From contig NMRA01000079.1 of the NCBI GenBank assembly GCA_002633005.1, forward strand, positions 386,102-450,101: DNA of 64,000 bases. The letters run 5' to 3'. The notes beneath the pieces were generated by a model, which did no database searches, had not been told where the DNA came from, and saw only the letters and a program-made list of their open reading frames with translations. This DNA comes from Phoronis australis. Its lineage: Eukaryota > Animalia > Phoronida. Made by a program: the position numbers and the translations under genes. Position 1 is the first letter of the stretch; each line of letters opens with the position of its first letter. This document shows positions 1-12,200 of the stretch, piece after piece.

Positions 1-99
1 AAGTGTACCGATATAACGGGACTTTGGTTTTCACATTGACTGGACTTAAACTGAAGCTTTTAGTTTCAATCATTTCTATTTGACCTACTTAATTTGTAG

Positions 100-266
100 T
101 AAACTGCCTGCCTGGTACAAGTCGGCACTCTTTAATGAACTCTACTATGTGTCTGATGGCGGCACAGTATGGGTGCATCCTGCAGAAGAGGGAAATGGTT
201 ATGTGGGCGACCACCAGGTGATACCGGACATCGTAAAAGAATACGGGAAATTTGCTTACTTAGAAG
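100..266 (+). CDS. GBA2: GBA2 internal exon ([16 protein letters not shown]...KFAYLE)
   Basis: Acceptor tttgtag| at 99 and donor |gtaaca at 267. Confidence 0.9.
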
Positions 267-3200
267 GTAACACGCGTTCAGAAAACTTGGCACGTGGCTT
301 TCATCTAGAATTTAATGAGATTTTTCAAGGGATTTTTTGCCTAGAAAATGAAATTGGAAGTGTGTAAATCGGACAGTGTAACTAAGTGATTAAGGACGGC
401 GTTCTCCCGTTCAATGACTTTACCAGACGTAGAGAGTTGTGAGCGTGTGATAACATCTAGCTCCTTTGTTAACTGCCAAGCACAGTCTTTTGTCTGGTAT
501 GACAACAGCCAGGACAATTGTCTACCAGGCTTATTACAGACCACGTGTGAACACAGTCAAACCCAGGGCTTTCGGAAAGAATAGATTGTTGTAACTTCGG
601 TTTTAGTTGAGCAATTTGGACGATTCAAAAACTAAACATGATCAGGATTTGACGTGGAATTACGAAATGCTATTGGTTTATGTTCAAAGATGTTATAACT
701 TAACTTTTGTTTTTAACAACACAGCCCAGTCAGGCTAGATACGATCTTATTAGAGGTTAGAGCAATTATCGAACAAAAGAGAGCTGGCCCTCCAACCATT
801 AATGCCAGAATGGAGTTAATGAGTCGTGTAAGATATTGGCTACAGGGGTTATCTTCCCAAGTTGTTGTTGGGCTAGAGACTCAAACAAGTTGGGAGCAAC
901 GGGAAAACACCGTAACTTGTTCTGCAACCTCCGATTTAGGCGATCTTAGTTGAATTAGCAGACAAATGAGAATTGCATGAATATATCTCCTGGTTTGTCA
1001 ATACCCAACTACTGGTTGGTCAGTACCCATCTCCTGATTGGTCAATACCCATCTCCTGATTGGTCAATATCCATCTCCTGATTGATCAATACCCATCTCT
1101 TGATTGGTCAATACCCAACTCCTGGTTGGTCAATACCCATCTCCTGATTGGTCAATACTCAACTCCTGGTTGGTCAATACCCATCTCCTGATTGGTCAAT
1201 ACCCAACTCCTGGTTGGTCAATACCCTTCTTCTGATTATTACAGGTCAAGAGTACAGGATGTACAATACCTATGATGTTCACTTCTATGCTTCCTATGCA
1301 CTGATCAAACTTTGGCCCAAACTACAGCTATCCTTACAATATGACATGGGTAGGTCAGAGGTCAGAGGTCAGAGGTCTGTTTCATGAAAAGTGGCATTGG
1401 ACTTAAGACAGAAGTTGGTCTTACACTTCCACTTCTTAATTACCATATAAAGATTTAGAAATAATGCAAAATGTTAATACATTACTGCCTGGAAATAATT
1501 TGTGCACATTTTCTCAGTAAGCAGTGCAATTATGGTTATATTCTCAGATACTTTCATTGTTCTTTTGCTCATGTTAGTTTTAATTATTTTTCACAAATGT
1601 GGAGCGTAAGATCTTAAAGTCTTAAATCACTTTTCATGAAATGCCCCTGAAGTGTGTTAAAGATGTATTTGCGTGCTCCTAACTATTTTGCAGGAACTAA
1701 ACGACAATGCTATTTTAATATAATCTACGCTAAACAAAGTGCAGTGTTGTATTCATTGACAACTTGTAAATGAGAAAACAAAAAATTCTGCAATGTAGAC
1801 AATCATGTTTTGGAATGGAAATTAGGGTTTTTATCAGTTGGCCAGTTAACATTTTTAACATTTACACTTACTTAAGATCGAGGGGAGTTTATTGATTGTT
1901 TTTTTTTTGTGGCTGGATTAATTTGTAATTTCTACTGAACAGACTCAGTAAGAGTTAGCTATTGTTTGTCAAAGTGAGTAGTCTATTGTTTTGCTTGGCT
2001 ATTTACTGTAACTGTCAGTACATTACAACAGCAGTAGTCATGTCTCATTACACACTACATTGAATGTGTTTGAAATCTTTCCATCATTTTTACGATTATC
2101 ATTGAATAGTGTTGTCTTCTTGGTCGGAAGTTATTACGGGAGCTTTAAAACGGCAAAATCCATTGTGATTTTGTGATTTTATTACAAATTGCCGATTTTT
2201 GTCATCTGCCCGACATTCGCTGAAACCAAGGCTGTCCATTCTTCATGCGTAGGAGATGTCCCTGAGTGTTAGTATGCTGCTACAGAGGTCATAGGTTCAA
2301 ATCTAATATTGCCAATTTCTGTAGTGCTACGTTATTATTATTGCTTACTATTTTTCTCTCCGAGAATGTTCTTTTAAAGATGTCTTCACAACATGCCTGC
2401 CTTTTTATTCAGATATAGACAGACGCATGACAGTGCTTAATTGTATTATTTACCGGTTGTAACCACCCGATTGTATAACGCAAAAAGACATTTGAAGCGT
2501 GTGTCTAAATAAACACCTGCCTTTATTCTGGGCAGTCTACAAAAACAAAAGGACACGTCTGTAACTAGAATAACCTCGAACCGGCTAGAGACTGTAAGGA
2601 ACTATTACATATTGAACCCAGAGTCTAACTAAGGCCGAGTATGAACCCTCAGCTAATATACCTGCAGAAGTGCACAGTGAATCTAAAGACTGGAAATTGC
2701 CATATTGTAACCCACAGTGCTGCCTATTGCAAGATACTACAGGCCATCTAGTGACAGTACTAATATTGTCTAGTGTCAATAACATTTGAGTTTTATTTCT
2801 CTTCAAACCACAGAGATTGCATATCCTGAACTTTTCTTTCCCATTTGCTCGTAGCGGCAGCCATCAGCGCAGAAGACAATCGTAGGGTCAAATACCTCAA
2901 CGGGGTCGTGGGTGTGTGCAAAGTCAAGAACTGTGTACCGCACGACATCGGCGATCCGGAGGAAGAACCGTGGAAGAAACTCAACGCCTACATTCCGCTG
3001 CCGTGCAATGACTGGAAGGACCTGAACTCAAAGTTTGTCCTACAGGTGTACAGGGATTTCATGTTCACTAAGGATGAGCAATACCTGAAGGACATGTATT
3101 CTCTTGTCAAGGTAAAGCCAAAAATGTAGTAGGCTCTGGTCTGTACCCAGACTCCTTTTGAGACCTGCATTCACCGGCTAATAAAACGTCGCGCCGTATT

Positions 3201-6200
3201 GAAATTCACTAGCCTCCGAGATGGCAATCAGCTCTTTGGTGGACAGGCATTCAGCGCCACCTACAGAACCCATGTAGTGCGGACGGGATGTTATGTTGCC
3301 AGGTGGCACTAGTTAGTTCTTCATTAAAAGTTCAAGGTCATGCAACTGAGCTCTACTTTATGCACTATTATTGTTAAGTTGAAACGGGAAGGTTTTAACT
3401 TACTGCCATCAACACTGTTTTAACACCTTTTCCTGATATCATAATGCCAGCAAAATTCCACTGCTGTGTGGTGGGATGCACTAATGCATTATAGAAGAAG
3501 GCAAACCTTGCATGAACAAGGATGTCATGTTCCATACATTTCCTGCTGCGAAGAATAATCCGCGACGAAGCCAGTGACTGCGTTTGATAAATCGAGAGAT
3601 TTTCGATCCCAGCTGGTGTCTAAAAGTTAAAATAAATAAGTGAAGTTAAACTGATTGAACAATGGGAGGGGCTGACTATGGAATTTATTTGTTTGTTTTT
3701 AAATTGATGAACCACTAAGTAGTAATTGAAGTCCTGTATACTTTGTTAACTTGATTGGGGCACTTGATCATGTATTTTTAGTAAAAGTTGGAAGAACAAT
3801 TGGCGAAACAAGGGTATACATAACATGATGGCAAAATTTCTTTTGATATCAATGTGCAAACTGAAATCTCAAAAAAAGCTGTGATAGTTTTCTAAAATAT
3901 CATTTCGTTTTCATTTTAAGCAAGTTTTGAGTTTTTAATGAAAATCCTATTTTTGTAGCCCCTTTATTAAAACAAAATTCTTAGCAGCAGTTTGGAAAAC
4001 AATATATAAAGCACATTATCCTGATGGCCATTTCTGATAGATGATATTGCGAAGTTAACCAAATTTGGGTGCTACATTTAACCTTAAACCAAATGTTTTG
4101 TGTTACATTGAAATGAATCCTGTTTTTGGAACTGGGCTCAAAAATTGCCCAAAGCCACGTGTCCGTGCTCTTTTACAATATTCAAGCATACAACTGAGTT
4201 AAAACTCTCAATTTCTTACTTCTTGACCTAGTTTCCTTTAAATGTCATGATTTCCGTTCTTCACTTAGGCAGTGATGGAGATCTCGCTGACCAGAGACAC
4301 TGATGGAGATGGCATTATAGACAACAGTGGATACGCTGACCAGACCTACGATGCCTGGGTGGTGACTGGAGCCAGGTGAGGCTTGTTGCTGAGTGTTGTT
4401 TTATGGTGCAGATTCCCTAAGGTTGCACTGGGTTGTCTCAGGGAAACTTTACCCTAAGAGAAATGTGTCAACATCATATCATGCAAGAACTTGACTGGTT
4501 TAACGTCAGTTGAATAACTCAGAGTAAACATCTACGGTAATTCTCCACTAATTGCCAAAATTGTAAGTTTTCTAATTTTTTAGGCTGATTACCTTGCTGC
4601 AGGAGTCTGAAACTTTACCAAATATTGTTTTATGACGTTTACATAGTACACACCGAGTTAATCATAAATTAACATTTTCTTTAATCTTTATTTTTGTGGT
4701 GAAATTTGGCAAAAAAGGAGAAATGTAGTCAGACCAACAAAACATTAAGTCCTTTTATTTACAAGACCTGCAGGACAGTGGGATTAGCTGGAACACGTTT
4801 CTGTACCCAATGTGCATGCATGGACTTCGAAACCTGCGCCTGTAAATAAAATTGACGCATTATTCCAAAACGATTAGATTTGACTCCGAGCTTTTGGGGC
4901 TGTCAGTTTCTTGATGCCGTTTTGATTGCTCGGTTACTGATGCCATTCAATGTGATTTGTATCATGAATCATGTGTAAGGTACAGTCATAATCGTTCTCT
5001 CTCAGAGTAAGTCAAGTGTGTAGTGGTGTATGAAACTGAAGAGGCACTCAATGTATTCCAAACTATGTTGTCACATTAAAAACACTAAAGAAGAGATTTC
5101 CATTCCAAAATATTACTAAAGGTGATGCTATATATATGGCCATAGTATCTTGCAAATGTTTTCAAATAAAAGTTGTGAATTAGACTGACCTGTCTTTGTC
5201 ATCAGTCATATATTTTGTCTGCACACGATGTTGATCTCATCTGCTTTTCTGATTAAATATTACACTCCAGTCAAAATCTTTTTCAGCGCCTACTGCGGCA
5301 GTCTATGGCTGGCAGCCTTGTACAGCACAAAAGAAATGGCAACCCAGCTAGGGTTGTTAGAAGACGCTGAGAAGTATAGCGAAGTTTTAGAGCGAGGCAA
5401 GGTGTCATTTGACCAGAAACTGTGGAATGGTTTGTAGTTGTCTTCTGTTCAACAAAATTTGAGTAGCTGGAAAGGGGATCCTAAATATTTTAACTAATAA
5501 GGTGAGAAGGTAGGATTCGATTCATCCTGTAAGTGGAGGGACTTTCACCACTGCCCTTTATCACACTTTACCCTCTTTACCACAAGGCACCATTGGCTAC
5601 TATACAGCATGAAATACTGTTTAATGAAACATTTTATTGACTCGAAGGAAATAACATAAATTGTGAACTACGATGCGTTTTACTTGGGTAGCTGATTTGG
5701 TTCGTTCATATGTTAAAACTTAATTGCTCTTCACGTGCAATCCTTTTGAGTTTAAAAGCTTTAAGTGATGTTATGTTGTTGTTCCTAGCATTACCATAAT
5801 AGCAGAGTGAGTTGTTCCTAGCACTACCATAATAACAGAGTGAATCATCACCTGCTTTGCAGCTTGTTTTTGTTAAAGTTACTTTGAGCTCTGTTGTTGC
5901 TCACATTTCACTTCATTGATGTAACCTGGCTCGTATGCCGACACTTGATGTCTGATTGTTTGTATCCTTATGATGTCTAATGATTAGACAAAACGTCGAA
6001 TTAATATGAGCTTTTTCATTTGTGTGACGATTCTCTGTGTTTTATTCTATTATGGCCAAAAGCTGATGTAATTAGCTCTGTTTCTATGGGTCAGACAAGG
6101 TCAATGTGTACAATCTTGATATAAGAATGATATGGTTTGTTAAAACACAAACAACAGAGCTTAGTTCCAATGGGACCACAGNAAAGTTGTGAATTAGACT

Positions 6201-9200
6201 GACCTGTCTTTGTCATCAGTCATATATTTTGTCTGCACATGATGTTGATCTCATCTGCTTTTCTGATTAAATATTACACTCCAGTCAAAATCTTTTTCAG
6301 CGCCTACTGCGGCAGTCTATGGCTGGCAGCCTTGTACAGCACAAAAGAAATGGCAACTCAGCTAGGGTTGTTAGAAGACGCTGAGAAGTATAGCGAAGTT
6401 TTAGAGCGAGGCAAGGTGTCATTTGACCAGAAACTGTGGAATGGTTTGTATTTGTCTTCTGTTCAACAAAATTTGAGTAGCTGGAAAGGGGATCCTAAAT
6501 ATTTTAACCAATAAGGTGAGAAGGTAGGATTCGATTCATCCTGTAAGTGGAGGGACTTTCACCACTGCCCTTTATCACACTTTACCCTCTTTACCACAAG
6601 GCACCATTGGCTACTATACAGCATGAAATACTGTTTAATGAAACATTTTATTGACTCTAAGGAAATAACATAAATTGTGAACTACGATGCGTTTTACTTG
6701 GGTAGCTGATTTGGTTCATTCATATGTTAAAACTTAATTGCTCTTCACGTGCAATCCTTTTGAGTTTAAAAGCTTTAAGTGATGTTATGTTGTTGCTCCT
6801 AGCATTACCATAATAGCAGAGTGAGTTGTTCCTAGCACTACCATAATAACAGAGTGAATCATCACCTGCTTTGCAGCTTGTTTTTGTTAAAGTTACTTTG
6901 AGCTCTGTTGTTGCTCACATTTCACTTCATTGATGTAACCTGGCTCGTATGCCGACACTTGATGTCTGATTGTTTGTATCCTTATGATGTCTAATGATTA
7001 GACAAAACGTCGAATTAATATGAGCTTTTTCATTTGTGTGACGATTCTCTGTGTTTTATTCTATTATGGCCAAAAGCTGATGTAATTAGCTCTGTTTCTA
7101 TGGGTCAGACAAGGTCAATGTGTACAATCTTGATATAAGAATGATATGGTTTGTTAAAACACAAACAACAGAGCTTAGTTCCAATGGGACCACAGTATAA
7201 CCATAAAAATATTACCCTATTTTCTGTGATGCATTGAAACACATGAAAATTAAGTCAAAACATTCAACACTTACCATTGTGTGAAAGGAATGTTCCAAGG
7301 ATGTAGTCGTCCTACTTAAACTGCATCAGGTTTAAAACATTTTGTGGGTGAATTAGAGTGACTGAGGTAATCTTCACCGTTGGTGGATAAACCATGTGAC
7401 CTATTTAAACATGGCCACTTGATAACTGTCATTGCAGGTCAGTATTACAACTACGACAGCAGTACATGTGGTTATCATGACAGCATAATGTCTGACCAGT
7501 TGGCCGGCCAATGGTATCTCAGGACTGTAGGGCTAGCAGACGATACAGTGAGTCATCTGCTCTTCTGTGATACGATGAATGCTAAAAACACCTCACAAAG
7601 ACTTTTGTAGTCCGGAAACGGTTTCCTGATTGTTCAAAACAAGCTCTTATGTCCTAATGACTGCTTTGTGGACAGAAAAGTGAGATTTTCACTTCATGCT
7701 TAACTTAAATGACAGACTATTGTGTTGAACTGTAATGAGAGCACTCACTTGGTCCAAGAGTTTGCATGAAAAATGTTAATAAATGGGCAAACCATCTTTA
7801 AAAGTCCTAGTTTACAAAAATTTAAAAGTTGTGTGAATTAAATAAAATGTATACTGTGAAATTTCACTAATTTCAAAATATTGCAATTTTTCATTTATAC
7901 CATTGTTGTGAACGTAAAAAATATTTTCTGTTGGTTGCTATGGTACAGAACTTAGACATTACAAAGGGTCATTCTGGTGCTATATCATTTATGAAAAATA
8001 TGAGGAAATAAAATTCCATCTGTCCAACTTAAAGTTTGTCCTACTGTACTCGTCCGGGTTACCGCTCAGGGCGCTTAAATTGGGAATCTTAAAAACCAGG
8101 GGGTGGGCGGTAAGCCGAGCATGGGCGGTTAAAATCAAAATTTTTGAAAAGTCGGGAGTGGGTACTTGTTGCACAAAGGACGGATTTTACCCTTATGGAG
8201 CTACACTGACGTCGGACTTCAAGCATGTCAGTTAAAATATACGTGGGCGGATTGAAGTAACGGACTTTGATGGCCTGAATAGTGCACACGCCAGTGGCGC
8301 CGTGATCCCAAGCGTGGTTGGGTTTTTACGTACCTCGGTGGCTGCTCGTCATGTCATGGAACTGAGGTATTCCTACAGACAGACATGCCTTCAGTAGGGC
8401 AAGTTTCTTGAGAGAAAAATATGATCATGCAAGACTACGCTAGATCGTCATGTATTGCTACGGGAAGCAGGTGATTTTGTACAGATATGCTGCCTCTAGT
8501 TACTTTGGCAACCAAACACGTGCTAATGATTGACAGCCGGTTTTTCTTCTAAATACTTTGAACCTAGTTTGAACAATGTAACATTTTATATACATTGTAT
8601 ATTTCTTTCTGTGTTGAACAGCTAACAACGGCCTCCCAAAATTTGTTCAAAGCACGTGCTCAACAATCGGATGATACTTCTATTCATTCGAGCCCCCCAT
8701 TTGGCGAAAAGGGCTAGAAGGTCCGCCTAAAGAAACAAAAAGTCCGAGAAAAGGAGACAAAAGTCCACTAAAAAGACTCACAGTTCACAGTTCTGAATGT
8801 GGTACCCTGTTTTTTTAGTCCTCCCAATTTTTTGTCAGCAAAAGGTCCACATCGACAGATTCGAGCCCCCCCATTTTGAAGGCTCGCGCATGCTATTAGG
8901 CAATAGGGGTGGTTTGTCAGCTGCGAAAATAATGAAGCAAAACCACATCCTGTAAAAAAGCAAAAAAATATGTAAAGTCAACAGGCAAATCAAGAGTTCA
9001 AAAAAAGTTTTTGACCACGTAGATGTGGATAGAATGTTTGACTTGCGGTTAATTACAAATTGATTTCTTGTGCTGTTGCTTATGGTTGGGCGCTTCCATT
9101 TTGGTGTCAGGTGTGAGTCATTAATAACATGCGTTTATTGAAGACACGGAACAATGGCCCGTATCTGCTAGTATTCAAAACAATGCCTCCTAAATTATGT

Positions 9201-12200
9201 CGGTGGTGTTTCCAAAATCGTTGGTCATGTACCAACCGAGTATGGTCGTGTTTTTTTTTTATTTCATTGCTCAGGGTGGTGATGTTTCGTGTACTGTCAT
9301 GGGGAATTCAGAAAGGTAGGCCACGGACTTGAAGTTCTTATCAAGTACCGCTTTGTTGGTTCTTCCACTGTAATGAAATACATTCGACGTCAAGTGCTGT
9401 CTCAATGATGAGTACATGCTGACAGGAGTTTCGCACGTGAGCCATAGGAAATAATTGTGTCTCCCTCAGTTAAGAGCATGAGAATACGGGTATTTTACCG
9501 CCATGGTAAGGCAAGTTCACGGTTCCACTAAAACTGATTGTCATTGAAAGGCAAGCGAGTTGCTCACATTTTGGAATCTTAGTTTTGCGAGACGAACATT
9601 CACAAAAGCCCACACACTTTTAAGGAGGTCTCGATCATAAAAATGGGGGTGGGCGGTAAGCCGAGCATGGGCGGTAACCCGGACAAGTACGGTAAATTGC
9701 TGATATTTTACCATGTGTATAGATATATATATATATAGTAAATAAGACAAGTAATTGTTTTGTTCATATATATATAGTGCAGTGCTATTCAGACTAAATA
9801 TATATACCTATAATTTTTACAGATATTTCCTAAAGAAAAAGTACAAAGTGCCATGCGAATGGTGTTTGAAAAAAACGTAATGGGTTTCCGCAATGGCACC
9901 ATGGGTGCAGCCAACGGTGTCCGTCCCAACGGGAAAATAGACATTAGTAGCATACANTCGAGCCCCCCCATTTTGAAGGCTGGGTGCACGCATGCTATTA
10001 GGCAATAGGGGCGGTCTGTCAGCTGCGAAAATAATGAAGCAAAACCACATCGTGTAAAAAAGCAAAAAAACATCATGTAAAGTCAACAGGCAAGTCAAGA
10101 GTTCAAAAAAAGTTTTTGACCACGTAGATGTGGATAGAATGTTTGACTTGTGGTTAATTACAAGTTGATTTCTTGTGCTGTTGCTTATGGTTGGGCGCTT
10201 CCATTTTGGTGTCAGGTGTGAGTCATTAATAACATGCGTTTATCGAAGACACGGAACAATGGCCCGTATCTGCTAGTATACAAAACAATGCCTCCTAAAT
10301 TATGTCGGTGGTGTTTCCAAAATCGTTGGTCATGTACCAACCGAGTATGGTCGTGTTTTTTTTTTATTTCGTTGCTCAGGGTGGTGATGTTTTGTGTACT
10401 GTCATGGGGAATCCAGAAAGGTAGGCCACGGACTTGAAGTTCTTGTCAAGTACCGCTTTGTTGGTTCTTCCACAGTAATGAGATACATTCGACGTCAAGT
10501 GCTGTCTCAATGATGAGTACATGCTGACACGAGTTTCGCACATGAGCCATACGAAATAATTGTGTCTCCTTCAGTTAAGAACATGAGAATACGGGTATTT
10601 TACCGCCATGGTAAGGCAAGTTCACGGTTCCACTAAAACTGATTGTCACTGAAAGGCAAGCGAGTTGCTCACATTTTGGAATCTTAGTTTTGCGAGACGA
10701 ACATTCACAAAAGCCCACACACTTTTAAGGAGGTCTCAATCATAAAAATGGGGGTGGGCGGTAAGCCGAGCATGGGCGGTAACCCGGACAAGTACGGTAA
10801 ATTGCTGATATTTTACCATGTGTATAGATATATATATATATAGTAAATAAGACAAGTAATTGTTTTGTTCATATATATATAGTGCAGTGCTATTCAGACT
10901 AAATATATATACCTATAATTTTTACAGATATTTCCTAAAGAAAAAGTACAAAGTGCCATGCGAATGGTGTTTGAAAAAAACGTAATGGGTTTCCGCAATG
11001 GCACCATGGGTGCAGCCAACGGTGTCCGTCCCAACGGGAAAATAGACATTAGTAGCATACAGTCCGAGGAGTTCTGGGTTGGCGTTACGTACGCCGTGGC
11101 ATCATCCATGATTCAAGAGGTATTCACTTAAGGTTATGTTGGACCTGTATGACAAGTCTCTATTTAGCCAAATATCAACATAACTATAGAGTAACGCAGT
11201 ATAGGTATACTTTTCCGAAATCAGTTCGTTAGCAGCCCTACGTTAGCACACAACAACTTTTTTGTAAGCTTGATACTCAGCCGCTCGTAGTGTCGAAACA
11301 ATCTCCATTCTTCAGGTATGGAGCTACGTAGCAAAACACCAAGAGACATAACAAATTGAAACACTATCTACTAAGCTTGATACTCAGTCGCTCGTAGGGT
11401 CGAAACAATCTCCATTCTTCAGGTATGGAGCTACGTAGCAAAACACCGAGAGACATAACAAATTGAAACACTAGCTACTAAGCTTGAGACTCAGTCGCTC
11501 GTAGTGTCGAAACAATCTCCTTTCTTCAGGTGTGCAGCTATGTAGCTAGTTTTTAGTTGTGTTTTCATTGAAGTTTTTCTGAAAATAGAAAGCCTGTATT
11601 TGATTTTTAACTTTTTACTAATCAGTCGTAAATTGGATCACATGACCATGTATTTGTTGAGATTTGGAAAAAAGAAAGGTACATTCATAACAAAACTATG
11701 GTATTGATAAATTTCATTTGATACCAATTTCCAACTTTTTTGTCTTATCAAAAAGGTCACAATGAAAGTCCTATTTTGTGATATTCCCTCATGCAAAAGT
11801 GGAACATTTAGAAAGCAATTCCTTCCATTGGTATAAAAAACAGTTTGTAAAGCATAGTTTCTGAAAATTTCATATGAATTCTTTGCATCTGCCATTTCTG
11901 AGACATGATTTTCCAAAGTTAGGTCTCATATTCATCTTTAGAAGTGCATTCTGGGATTGGACAGAAATGCGACTTTGCTGTTAGTTGAACCACTGTGAAC
12001 ACCTAACTTCATGAGCGTCGTCTCAAGCATTGACAGAGTGTCCGTTCTTCCGTCGCCCAGAAATGACCTCTGACCTGAATAAGGAACAAGTTGAAACCAT
12101 GTCTATATTGGCTAGTAGTCTGAGCTTATAGTAGTTTTAAAGGGAATCGTGCACTCAGCGACTTATGAATAATAATGATAATGATGACTGTCCGTAACAA

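Larger units (their letters stand above)
5169..7195. repeat. Tandem ~1.01 kb near-identical duplication (5169-6181 and 6183-7195) joined by one N
   Basis: About 7 substitutions seen by eye; the junction coincides with the N at 6182. Confidence 0.92.

Noticed and set aside
5287-6443. Mutually exclusive duplicated GBA2 exons
   Set aside because: The copies encode the same peptide, intronic flanks are equally near-identical, and the junction is a single N; an assembly or haplotype artefact is far more likely.
9129-9332. 67-aa ORF present twice (also 10234-10437) as a conserved small gene
   Set aside because: Both copies lie in the duplicated block inside a non-autonomous transposon, so the repetition reflects the duplication.
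11266-11546. Hammerhead ribozyme or Penelope-like tandem in the 107-bp repeat
   Set aside because: CTGAAGA and CGAAAC lie on opposite strands, so no complete hammerhead core forms on either strand.
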